64,000 nt of DNA, taken from contig OX597825.1 of assembly GCA_951406725.2 (NCBI GenBank), positions 10,664,001-10,728,000 of the forward strand, in the 5' to 3' direction. Position numbers and translations under genes: made by a program. The stretch is from Octopus vulgaris. Lineage: Eukaryota. Shown here one piece after another: positions 1 through 13,463 of the stretch. The notes under the pieces were generated by a model. It was not told the DNA's origin and did not search any database. It was given only the letters and a program-made list of their open reading frames with translations. Position 1 is the stretch's first letter; each line of letters opens with the position of its first letter.

Positions 1-278
1 GTAATCATTTCAACGGGTACATCTTTGACAATGTGTATATAAACGCTAATATATTATTGAGGGTGTATTATTTGAGTGTAATGTGATACAATGAGCTCCA
101 GACATATGACTGTGTGTCGTGCCTTGTAAATGCACAATAATAATATATAGATATGAATATTGGTTAGTTATAGGATTTATTAGAATGTTGTAGCATCGGC
201 ACGTAGGATGCCATGACACTGAATTCACAGTGGGGTAAAAGCAACCATGAGGTGTGTGTGTTGGTACTGTACTGTATC

Positions 279-1805
<1,527 letters not shown>

Positions 1806-1935
1806 TATTAGTTAATTGTTCCTGATAAGAATTAATGGTAAAGAAACCAGGAATAATTATTATTTCTGTTCTTCATGATTTCTTACCAAATCAAAGAGTT
1901 TTGTTTGACCTTACCAAATACAGTTTTTAGAAGAA

Positions 1936-2110
1936 GATGATGGTGGTGGTGGTGGTGAAAATGGTGATGGTCATTAATGATGATGATGACGACGATGATG
2001 AAGGCGACGACGACGACGACGATAATGAAGATGATGATGATGATGATGACCACGACGACGACGACGACGACGATGATGACAATGATGATGATGATGACGA
2101 CGACGACGAC

Positions 2111-2154
<44 letters not shown>

Positions 2155-2263
2155 CGACGACGACGACGATGATGATGATGACAACGATGATGACGACGAG
2201 GAGGAGGAGGAAGATGATGATGATGACGACGGCAATGACGATGATGATGACGATGATGATGAT
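1936..2263. repeat. Compound (GAT/GAC/GGT/GAG)n trinucleotide tract
   Basis: Direct reading. Confidence 0.95.
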
Positions 2264-2675
2264 GTTAACTAAATAAATCAATGATTATCTCTTCTCGCTT
2301 CTTATGTTTCTGCTGTCAGCCATTATTGAGAAGATAATTGATTAATTGTTTATTAACCTCGTTGTTTTCTACTTTTATTGGCCTCCTACCACACGTCTCC
2401 ACTCAGCCACTCCCGTCTCTCTCCTACCCTACATCGTCCCAACCCATTACCTAAAATCCCCGTTTATCCTTATTATCCCTTTTTTTCCGTCCATTCCTTC
2501 CTCCCAACAATGTACTCCTTCTGGTATTCTCCTACCGTCTGCTTACGTTTTTTTCCTGAAGCCGTCTACTGTCAACCCTTCAAGGGAAACATTAACCCTC
2601 GGGATTTTACGGATGTTTAAAGACCGACGAACACCGTGGGGACAACCCTTCCTCCAGGTAAATGCATTGTAAATT

Positions 2676-3066
2676 TCTCTCTCTATAAAGCTGAAGTTGT
2701 CTGTGTATGGCGGGTTTGGTAGCCTTCAACTAACACTATCTCCTCCGAGACCCTGCGGCGCAAGTTGATCAAAATTGAGAGCATGATAGAAGAAGGCTTG
2801 CTCTTCCATCCGTAGAAGAAAAAATTCAAATCTGACCATGTTAACACCAAAAATTATTTACATCAAAAAGGTGCTTTTATTCTATGAAAATCCCTATCTT
2901 TTTACGATTTTTTGACTGCTGTGTCGCCATTTTTCGGTGTATTTCAATCAGAAAAATGTTCACTTAAAGAGAATAACAAGCTACATAATGCAAAATTTTT
3001 ACTTTTCAAAAATTCCAATTCTAAAGGGTCGAAACAAACCCGAGCAACGCCGGGCGATACTGCTAG
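2676..3066 (+). mobile_element. Non-autonomous Helitron-like element (~390 bp)
   Basis: 5' TC (TCTCTCTCTATAAAG..GTTGTCTGT); 3' GC-rich hairpin CCCGAGCAACGCCGGG, then CTAG followed by T; no TSD. Confidence 0.7.
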
Positions 3067-3364
3067 TATTTAAATAATTCAAAACGAAAATGAGACGGTC
3101 GAATCAGTTACGAGATTTCCATTCCTTGTTAAAAGCTTTTTCACTTCGCTGCTGACATTAATGCCAATAAAAATAAATGATACAAAGATACGTTCCAGCC
3201 TCTGACTCACAGGTGTACATGTTTTCTCTTTCTACCTATTGCACTACTAACACCATGGCCTCTGACCTTTGTAGTTGGCTGGTCTCGGGCTACCTATATT
3301 CAGGTATTTCCAATTCTCTTATTTCTCCTCCTCTCATCATCCTTGTTGTGCCCCGGCGCCTAAC

Positions 3365-3728
3365 ACCCGCACCAACCAAAATGCCTATCGGATCCCGCAT
3401 TAACCAAACCGACTTTCAAACCTCGCACTAACCAAAACACTCTTCAGACCCCGCACTAACTGAAATGGCCTCCAAACCACGCACTAATCAAAACACTTTT
3501 CAGACACCACAGTAACCAGAAGATCGTTCTAACCAAAACATCTTTCAGATCCCGCACTGACCAAAATAAACTTCAGACCCCACAACAGACTCCCTTCAGA
3601 CTACACACTAACCAAAATGCTCCTCAAACCCCGCACTAACCAAAATTCCCATCAGATCCCGCACTAACCAAACTGTCTTCCAGAGCCCGCACTAACCAAA
3701 ACACTCTTCAGGCCCCGCACAAACCAAA
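3365..3728 (+). repeat. Diverged ~29-bp minisatellite (CCCGCACTAACCAAAA + variable ~8 nt + CAGA), about 12 units
   Basis: Recurrent CGCACTAACCAAAA; the downstream flank reads WNSFPADVFP, like a LINE C-terminus. Confidence 0.85.
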
Positions 3729-6444
3729 GGGCCCAGTTTTTCTTCCCCAGAAGATCATTCATTTGGAACTCCTTCCCTGCTGATGTCTTTCCACCTCGCT
3801 GTTCTCAGAAAATCTGATGAAGCTATGAGCCCTGCACCTTCCCCTACACTTAATCCATCTCCCAGTTTTACACTATTGCTTGATCCTCTGTTGCAATTAT
3901 TTGGGCCAGATTTCTTTCAGAGACACTACAAAGGGCCATGGGCCCTTCCTCCTGACTTAAGCGATAAAAAGGTTGTTGTTGTCGAGCTTCAGAACAGCCT
4001 TGATTGATCAGATCTATAATCAAAGAAGTTCCAGCCTTGACTATCCCATAGAGTGAGTTGAAGGAGATTTGGCTGCTATCTCTAGCATTATCAGCGATCG
4101 TGTGTAGAGCCTTCTCGTTAATTCATCAATTTCTTTTACGTTAATATAGCTACTCACCCTCACCTCATTCATGCAGCCAGTTACATACCAACGCTGTCTA
4201 TTCGAATATATAATTCGCCAATGTCTTTCGGAACCATTATTTATTTTTATCATTTGCCTGTGTTTACAGTCTCCGTTCGCTCGTCAGTCTCCATTTATGG
4301 ATAAAAAAACAGAAAGTTACTATAAACCAGATACATGTAATTATTGTCGAACGAACGAATTGTAGTATTTAGAGCGTTTGTGATAGGGAAATAAAGTTAT
4401 CTGGAAACGAACTGAAGCCATGAGAAATACGCAGAGAGATAAGTTATCGAGCGAAAAATTAATAGGAAACTTCAGCTATTAAAATATAAAGTTCGCTCAG
4501 TAAGTTTTCGTCGATAAATACATACGTGGCCAGCCGAGTAAATAGCTAGCAATAAGAATAAAATATCTGCTTATAATGATTAAAATCTTGACTTAAGTTT
4601 AATTCCGGTTTGGAATTGTCGCGAGTGTGTGGTTGTCGTGGTGGTGGTCATAATAGTTGCTGTTGTTGTCTGTTTGTTAGTTGAGCGAAGCGATCTTCGT
4701 CCTAGAAGTCCGAAACGTGGTCCTTTTGCTATTGGGAAGACCCGCAGAAGAGAAATCAGGTCACCCTCCCCCCCCCCCCCCCATCCGACACGGAGAGCAT
4801 CGACGGACGGATGAATGCGCATCCAGGCTCAGCGGTTGCGTAGGAAGTCGGGGACAAGAAACAGGAAGAAAGATTGAAAGAAAGTTGTGACGAAAGAGTA
4901 CAACAGGGGTCGCCACCACCCCCTGCCGGAGCCTCGTGGAGGTTTAGGTGTTATCGCTCAATAAACACACACAACGCCCGGTCTGGGAATCAAAACCGCG
5001 ATCCTCCGACCGCGAGTTCGCTGCCCTAACCACTGGGCCATTGCGCCTCCACTGCTGCTGTTTGTTGCTAATGAATGAAAATGTATTTCTCGACCTGCGT
5101 GAAGAAGTGACTAACAACACTCGTGAAAAATTAACAGAAGATTTTATTATTATACATAGAGTTTTAACTTTACAAATAATAACAGTAATAATTACATACG
5201 GGGAGAGATGAAAAGACCGCTCCGCGTTAAAAGAAGTTACTTACGAGAGATGTTGTGTGAATGTTTAATTCGGTCTATCCAAGAACCTGAAGACGTCTGC
5301 GCATGTCCCTAGCAAGAGTCGGGGCGCATTTTTCTCAACCGCCTTCAACACTCTTCAACACATGTGAATGGGTCGGCTAGTCTCATTAGTCTGCAAAGAG
5401 TTTTGGCGCTAAAAGTGACTTTATATAAGGCACAAAGAGAAGATTATAGAAAATTGAATCAGGCTGTGGCTTGACGCTGACTGATTGCTTAATAGACCTA
5501 TCACGTAAAACTACTGTGGTTTGATCGTGATGTCGGTTTCGAATCACCGCTACAAAGTCTTCGTTACTATGGCACCACTCTTGCTGTCATTAGAATAATT
5601 CACAGAAATATGATACCTGCAGAGTTATCCTTCCACAGAAAAGACGCGACTAGTAACTCAGTATAGAAGCGAAGCAATATATGATTGCTGTAATCTAGGC
5701 AACACCATCACACGCCTCTGCTTCACTTATAAATCCGAAATAAGTGAGTATTAAAATATTTAATGCAATGATTATTAAAAAAACTAGCTAAAAATAGATA
5801 TACAGCGAGAAAAAAAGTGTTAGCTCAGTGGTAACTCAGTTTAATCATTTCAGTAAATATGGGCGACAACTTCGGACAGATTTCGATCTTATTAGAGCTT
5901 CTCAGGTTATCAATAATTTCACCAAGCTTGGTAATGTAGCGATGAGAGAATTGCAAAGTAGAATGCTTAAAAATGCAAATCAGTAATGTGAGTTCCTTAG
6001 AGGCGCCATCTGCACAGAACAACATACGTCAAGTTGCTATTAACATACTCAATGTTGTGAGTATTACACATCTAATTACAAATAACAAGTAAAATACGAG
6101 TAAAATACGAGTAAAATGTTAACAGTTGTTAACTAATAATGATTGAAGTGGAGAAGAGACGTGTCTTAAAAGTAAACTTCTGATAAATTCACGATTATTT
6201 TAATGTTATGCAGGAATTTGCAAGATCGTTGGAGACTGCTGGGTAATACCAGAATGTTTTACCAAAAAGAGGAACAAATCTAAGAAATAAATCTGGGAAT
6301 AAAGATTCGTTACTTGTTTTGGGAAATTCAGTAAAAGTCTTTTACGTGAATAACACCACAAGAGATCAATACACATTCAGAGACGAATATCTAAGTATTT
6401 AAGAACTGCAAACCATATATTTGTGGACAGAGGTTAAAAACCTG

Positions 6445-6484
<40 letters not shown>

Positions 6485-6774
6485 ATAAAAATGGCAAAAA
6501 CAACAAAAGAATGAAAGAGACCTCGATATTATGTAAATAGAGGAATTTATCTGTAAATGTAATATGTGACAATTATTCGGTAACCATGATATATATATAT
6601 ATATTAGACAAAAAGAGATTACAATGCCAAGGCTGTGATGAAGGGATATCCTTAATATCCCAGAAACAGCTATAAGACTATATCTGTATCTCTTTCCTTA
6701 TAAATGTCCTGAAAACTCCTCTCAGCCTTGGCTTCGTTAACTCTTTTTGCCTAATATATATATATATGTATGTA

Positions 6775-6852
<78 letters not shown>

Positions 6853-7040
6853 TAATACTAAGTAATTAAGGGTTTAGCAACGATTTGCCTCACCACACAC
6901 CGAATTTAGAAATAGCAGTCAAAGAATTATGGCTATTCTTTCTACTTAAAAGAGAGATCTCAGTAAAACCACAGCACTCAAAAGGCAAACAACGCAGGTA
7001 AAAGAGAAAGAAATGACGACAATCATTCTATATTAAGTCA

Positions 7041-7131
7041 CCTACGGACGTACGTTTCGAAATTAAGTCATAGGAAAGCATAAAAATTAAATAATTATGT
7101 CTTACCCGACTACTTTTCTCCTCAGCGTAGG
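7041..7131 (-). ncRNA. Type I hammerhead ribozyme with minimal palindromic helix III (Penelope/retrozyme style)
   Basis: Minus strand reads CCUACG-CUGAGGA-[GAAA...long hairpin...UUUC]-GAAA-CGUAC-GUC-CGUAGG: 6-bp helix I, intact CUGANGA and GAAA core, GUC cleavage triplet. Confidence 0.75.
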
Positions 7132-7250
7132 ACTCTACAATCATAAATGATTGTGTATTTAAATTTGGAGGCACTAGAAGGCATCACCTCAACTCATGGT
7201 ATCAGAGCGAGCGTAAGCCGTGACCAGTACCACCAAATTCAAAGTGATAA

Positions 7251-7286
<36 letters not shown>

Positions 7287-7435
7287 TAATACAAGACCCA
7301 TATTAAACTCCTCACTCGTATCACTATCGAACCATGAGTCCATACCACTTACTTAGCGTTATCTGCCACTCTTTACGTCTTCTAGATACCAATACCTCTC
7401 ATATATATATATGTATGTATGTATGTACGTATGCA

Positions 7436-8085
7436 TATCAGCAATGCTCGTGCAGAGTTTTAGGTCCAATAAGGCTCGCACGACATCTCGTAGACCCTCT
7501 CCACTCTATTGACATTATCCAGACACAAGCCAGAGCGAGATGTCCGGTGCCAACATGAGTCGCAAGCTTAGGGATGTGGGAGCACCATGATCTCTAGCAC
7601 AAACCAAAGATCTCTAAAATGTCCAATGCCATTCCTTGCATACCTGGTTTTATATCAGATTGGCCTTCTCCTAGAGACATGCTTCAACAGAAGCCGAGGG
7701 GTGCCTCACTCCGAGCGGTCTTCTAGCACACCGGACAGCATCCCGGAATTTCTGCGTACCCGTACTAGCTTGGAAAAACTTGGTTTGCAATATTTGCAGT
7801 CGTGTATGCTTGTGAAGAGCAGGGCTCATTAGCCACCAGCGGTGCCGCAGATGCAAAATATAAGTTAGTCCTGGAGCACACAATGTTCCTAAAGGTCAGT
7901 AATGGTCCTCTTCAGTCACGAGTAGACGGCCATCCTGTATGTATATACGTGTGTGTGTGCGTGTATACATGCATACATACAAACAAACAAACAAACAAGA
8001 CGTTCCTACTGAAGTCCTGGGAGTCAAAAGTCAACCAGATATTTACGGATAGTGGTCTAAGGGAGACAATCCCTTGCGTGTAATC
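7436..8085 (-). mobile_element. Possible decayed non-LTR retrotransposon coding relic (clade uncertain), split by a microsatellite at ~7935-7998
   Basis: GC-richer coding-like block bounded by microsatellites, with several stops; only a weak resemblance to post-RT regions of R2-like elements. Confidence 0.25.
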
Positions 8086-8284
8086 ATTTGTCCGTGCTTT
8101 CAACGACTAGCCACGTGGTCTTTTTCACCTCCACTTTGAAGAGAGGTTATAGGTCACCGGTCAATAAGGGTCAGGAGAGACGCCGTAAAGCTAAGCGCTT
8201 TATGGACGTGAAACTCAGAGTAATCCCACAGACCGACCATTACTATCTTTATCTAATATATATACATAGATACATATACACATA

Positions 8285-8830
8285 AGGTGGCGAGCTGGCA
8301 GAATCGTTAGCACGCCGGGCGAAATGCTTAGCCGTATTTCGTCTGCCGCTCCGTTCTGAGTTCAAATTCCGCCGAGGTCGACTTTGCCTTTCATCCTTTC
8401 GGGGTCGATTAAATAAGTACCAGTTACGCACTGGGGTCGATATAATCAGCTTGATCCGTTTGTTTGTCCTCTCTGTGTTTAGCCCCTTGTGGGTAGTAAA
8501 GAAATAGGTATTTCATCCGTCGCTGCATTCTGAGTTCAAATTCTGCCGAGGTCGTCTTTGCCTTTCATCCTTTCGGGGTCGATTAAATAAGTACCAGTTA
8601 CGCACTGGGGTCGATATAATCAGCTTAATCCGTTTGTTTGTCCTCTCTGTGTTTAGCCCCTTGTGGGTAGTAAAGAAATAGGTATTTCATCCGTCGCTGC
8701 ATTCTGAGTTCAAACTCTGCCGAGGTCGTATTTGCCTTTCAGTCATTTGGGATCGATTAAATAAGTAATCGACTTAATCCCATTGTCTGTCCTTGTTGGT
8801 CCCCTCTGTCTGTAGCAGTAAAGAAATAAG
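8285..8830 (+). mobile_element. tRNA-headed SINE with Meta-like central domain (here a trimer); copies 28581-28982, 52237-52464, 55085-55300, 56237-56640 (+) and 31944-32160, 35953-36176, 54017-54240 (-)
   Basis: GGCGAGCTGGCAGAA head, GAGTTCAAATTCC B box, GTCGACTTTGCCTTTCATCCTTTCGGGGTCG..AAGTACCAG core. TSD example: CAATCCATCCATACC at 31929-31943 and 32161-32175. Confidence 0.88.
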
Positions 8831-10391
8831 ATACATATACACACACATACGTACGTGTATATATGTGTGTGTACATGCATGTATGTATCAGGCAAATTCC
8901 ATAACAGATCGACGCATTTTGAATATATACAACAGTTTAAATTAACAAACAGTCTAATAAAATAGCAGAAGAGTTTACAGATCGATGATAGAAATAAATG
9001 CCACCAGCCATTAACTCATATTCCCCATTTAACGATCACAAACACATCTTCCAGTAGAAACTAACCATAAAAGCCATTCATTCCACACACACTCTAATAT
9101 AGGGAAAATTATAAACAGAATACTCGTTTGAATTATGGCAAAAAGCAAATCAGTATTTTTCTCTACCTTCCTAGAACCAAAGAACTTTGGTAGATGAATG
9201 AGTTAACTTTACCAAACGAAAAGAAATTCATATTATTATAATTTAACATCAAAGTGTACTCTGCTTCCATCATGCAAAACCAACTCAGCGAAGTCTTAAA
9301 TCACCCTAGATTTCTTACAAACACTAAGGGAAGAGAATACAAATAATAATGCTGGTTAGAAAAGCACAATTGGAATATTAGAAGACCGTTTGGATTCTCC
9401 AGAGATAAATAAAATGTTGGCATTATATTTATTGGCCAATTTAAAGAAAGATTAAACATTGCAGATTGAGAGATGCCTTTACCGGGATGGATTCTTTACT
9501 CGTTTCAGTCATTTGACTGCGGCCATGCTGGAGCACCGCCTTTAGTCGAGCAAATCTATTCCAAGACTTATTCTTTGTAAGCCTAGTGCTTATTCTATCG
9601 GTCTCTTTTGCCGAACCGCTAAGTTACGGGGACCTAAACACAGCAGCATCGGTTGTCAAGCGATGTTGGGAGGACAAACACAGACACACACACATTAATC
9701 ACTAAGTCCAAATGTTTTTGTTTTTTTTAAATATACTAGTGTTAGATTTTTAAGTTCAAAAACATGGGTAGAATACACATGCTTAACCGACAGAAATGAA
9801 GACAATTTGGTGATTGCTGACATCACGAGGAAACTATTTATCTGTCAAACTGTTTATCTGGTGAACTAAACATTACAACGAATCGTCATAAATTCAATTA
9901 AATCTTTTATCCTTTTATGACATAAGATTTTCCTTTCTTCTCTTTGTTTATCGTATTATTAAATAGACCGTTCCTCTCGCTTTAAACCCTGACGGGACTT
10001 TCATGATCTGACAGCTTCCTTTCTTTCGCTTTTGGATACGGTAAGCTTTATATGACATGACAAAATCGATTATGTCTAACACAGGCAGCAGCGATTGAAA
10101 CACGCGTATGTTATATAACGGTGGGCCTTCGATCGGTTCAATTAAGCGTAGCATGCGATGCGAGACAAATGACAAGTTTCGTTTTGTGCGTGTGAGAGAA
10201 AGAGAGAGAGAGAGACAGTGTGTGTGTGTGTGTGTGAAATTATGGAAACTTCTTTCGTTTTGCACATGTAGGAAAAACTTCAGGAAAACTACAAACACCG
10301 TTTCTTCATCCAAGTCCAGTAAAACTAGCAACAAGTTTATATTTACGCTTTTAGTGAGAAATTTTGTACTTTTCAATAATTCCTACCCCCC

Positions 10392-10453
<62 letters not shown>

Positions 10454-10524
10454 TTTAGGGTAGCAAAAAATTCTCCGCTACCAGCGGTCAAGTGAGAAAG
10501 AGAAAATAGTCAATAGACTATATA

Positions 10525-11817
10525 CGAGGGGCGTTCAATAAGTAATGCCCCTGACCCACTTGCAGTTGTTTGATCTAGCTGAAATTTTGCATGTGCAATC
10601 ATTTATATCTCTATAGAGTAAGTGACAAATTACAGCTCTGAACTAATTGTGGTTTCTGATTTACAGGTGTTTGAACTGAGTCAAGTGTGAAATGGAGCCT
10701 GTTGAGTGTCGAGCAGTGATCCGGTTTTTGTATTTGAAAGGACGCACACCACGGGAGACTTTTGATGAAATGAAAGTAACTTATGGTGATGATGCCCCAT
10801 CATATGACCTTGTAAAACGCTGGTATCGGGAATTCAAACATGGTTGGAACTCTGTGGAAACAGCTCCCAGATCTGGTCGCCCCGCTTCTGCCATTGATGA
10901 GGCATCTGTCCGTCAAGTTGAGGCTGCCATTTTGGAAGATCGACGCATAATTATTCGCCAAATAGCCCATGAGGTCAAGATTAGTACCGGGTCTGTGAAA
11001 ACTATCATTCATGACCATTTGCATATGCAAAAGGTGTCTGCCAGATAGATTCCCAGGTTGCTCACGCCTTTCCAGAAGCAAGAACGCGTCGAGTGCTCGA
11101 CGATGAATTTGGAGATGTGCCAAGAAGATGAGTCAAAATTTTTCAAAAGACTGATTACACAGGATGAAACCTGGGAACATCACGATGATCCAGAGACCAA
11201 AGCCCAGTCAATGCAGTGGAAGCACCGTGACTCACCCCCTCCAAAGAAGGCAAGGGTGCAGCCCTCCGCTGGCAAGGTCATGCTCACAGTCTTCTGGGAC
11301 CAGGACGGAGTAGTGATGACAGATTTCCTGGCAAAGGGTACCACAATTACAGGAGCCTATTATGCTTCACTTTTGAGGAAATTAAGAGAAGTTATCAAAA
11401 TCAAGAGGCGGAGCAAGATCAGCAAAGGCATCCTCCTCCTGCAGGACAACGCTCTGGTCCACAACTCGCTTGTCGCCAGATCAGAAGCACAGGCGTATGG
11501 CTATGAACTCCTCCCCCATCCCCCCTACTTTCCTGACCTTGCACCCTCTGATTTTCACCTCTTCCCAATCATGAAGTTGTTTTTGAAAGGAAAGCGTTTC
11601 CCAGATGATGCAGCCTTGATTTCTGAAGTCACGTTCAGGTTGGAGGACCAAGCTGGGGTCTTCTACAAAAACGGTCTCCAGAGCTGCATCAAACGATGGG
11701 AGAAATGCGTAACTCTGGGTGGTACCTATGTAGAAAAAGACTAATAACTGTGCCAAGTTTCGTTGCTCTACTGCTATGGGAAGTGGGTCAGGGGCATTAC
11801 TTATTGAACGCCCCTCG
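10525..11817 (+). mobile_element. Full-length mariner (Tc1/mariner, D,D34D) DNA transposon, 1293 bp
   Basis: Perfect 37-bp TIRs (10525-10561 and 11781-11817; CGAGGGGCGTTCAATAAGTAATGCCCCTGACCCACTT) with TA duplicated on both sides. Confidence 0.97.
10692..11744 (+). pseudogene. Mariner transposase with one in-frame TAG (11046-11048)
   Basis: The two track ORFs are in the same frame. SAR*IPRLL matches the WVP linker motif; TQDETW and QDNA-to-APSD give a 34-residue D-D spacing; YFPDL replaces YSPDL. Confidence 0.93.
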
Positions 11818-12609
11818 TAATATACATTCAAACATATATATATATATATATAACTGTGTATCTCTGTATCTATCTCACTATCTCTATATCTTCCTATCTA
11901 TCTCCCTATCTGTCTATCTCTCACCTCGATGTCTCTAGCTTGGCTTGGCTTGGCCCCGCGGCAATAAGTAATGAATGCTTTTTGGAGTTGGATCCAACTA
12001 TGCCTACCCTCAGTCACTCATAATAAAAAAAAATATTAAGCAAAACGAAAAAAAAGGTTTAAAGTACAAATAAAAAAAAAAATTAAAAAAACTCCATAAA
12101 AGTCTTAAACAATATTTGTCTAAAAATGGAGTCAGTCTTCTTCACTGCACAATGGTGTTGGTGCGGAAAAAAAAAAAACCCAGAAATCTAACCTCGGTCA
12201 GCTGGAAGGTATATAACATCTGCATATTCTAAGCAGACATTTACTATGCAAATGGGAATCAAGTATTGGAAGAAAATGTAATTTATAAATATAAATCAGA
12301 AAAGAAAAGGGGAAAATGGCGAAAAGAAATATGATCACACAGTGATATACAATTGAATAGGTTTCGGATAGTTTAAAAAACTATAGCGACCTGAGGGTAT
12401 CGACAGTCTACAGAAAAGGTTATTTTGGTTGGTGTTTATATATACTGACAGTGCTGCATTGACAAGGAAATATTCTTTTGATATGTTGAGATCTCTTTTA
12501 TACAGATTTCTTACAGAAATATTAATTTTTACAAGTTCTGAGTGTGAAGAAATGGAATGGTATGTTTGGCGTTTAGTCTTGTCTAGTCACAAATCTTAGA
12601 ACAGTGGAT

Positions 12610-12972
12610 GGAAGCACTCCGTCGGTTACGACGACGAGGGTTCCGGTTGCTCCGATCAACGGAACAGCCTGCTCGTGAAATTAACGTGTAAGTGGCTGAG
12701 CACTCCACAGACACGTGTACCCTTAACGCAGTTCTCGGGGATATTCAGCGTGACACAGAGAGTGACAAGGCCGGCCCTTTGAAATACAGGTACAACAGAA
12801 ACAGGAAGTAAGAGTGAGAGAAAGTTGTGAAAGAGTACAGCAGGGATCATCACCATCCCTGCCGGAGCCTCGTGGAGCTTTAGGTGTTTTCGCTCAATAA
12901 ACACTCACAACGCCCTGTCTGGGAATCGAAACCGCGAGTCCGCTACCCTAACCACTGGGCCATTGCGCCTCC
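12610..12972 (-). mobile_element. Full-length tRNA-derived SINE; partial copies 4850-5051 (-) and 62472-62665 (+)
   Basis: 13-bp TSD TAGAACAGTGGAT (12597-12609 and 12973-12985); A box TGGCCCAGTGG, B-box-like GTTTCGATTCC. Confidence 0.9.
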
Positions 12973-13064
12973 TAGAACAGTGGATTAATGGCAATAAGTA
13001 AATGAATGCTTTTTGGAGTTGGCTCCAACCATGCCAACCCCTCACTCACTCATCACCCATATGT

Positions 13065-13463
13065 TCTTCCTATAAAATTATTAACCATCTTACAAACAAT
13101 AACTCTGAGCACCTTTTTCAAACTCCACCTGTGTAACACCCGTGGACATGTTTACAAAGTGAGAAAACAGCACAGCTCCTTCCATGACTTTTGGAAACAT
13201 GTTTTCACGCTAAGAGTTGCTGAAGCATGGAACAAACTGCCGGCATCAGTTAGTTGTCGGAGCACTGCATCCTTCAAAACTTCCTGAGATTCGCCGACAC
13301 TACACCTGATTTTCTCCCCTCCATACACATGCAAGCATGTATCTGACTCATACACTGTTCACTTCCCAGACATTTGTACATTACTGCATATGCTTTATAC
13401 GCACTTTTGACAAGTTGTGGTGCACCTGAGCACTGTATACAATCATTTCATTATTATTATTAT
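13065..13463 (+). mobile_element. CR1/L2-group LINE 3' end with (TTA)n tail
   Basis: NTRGHVYK...FTLRVAEAWNKLP...SFK C-terminal signature. Confidence 0.75.

Noticed and set aside
1937-2272. Poly-Asp protein
   Set aside because: Trinucleotide microsatellite open in several frames, with no convincing splice context or unique coding flank.
3810-3835. Isolated CTGATGA motifs (also ~16578, ~26674, ~43408) as hammerheads
   Set aside because: No closing helix II plus GAAA, and no helix I/III partner at suitable spacing.
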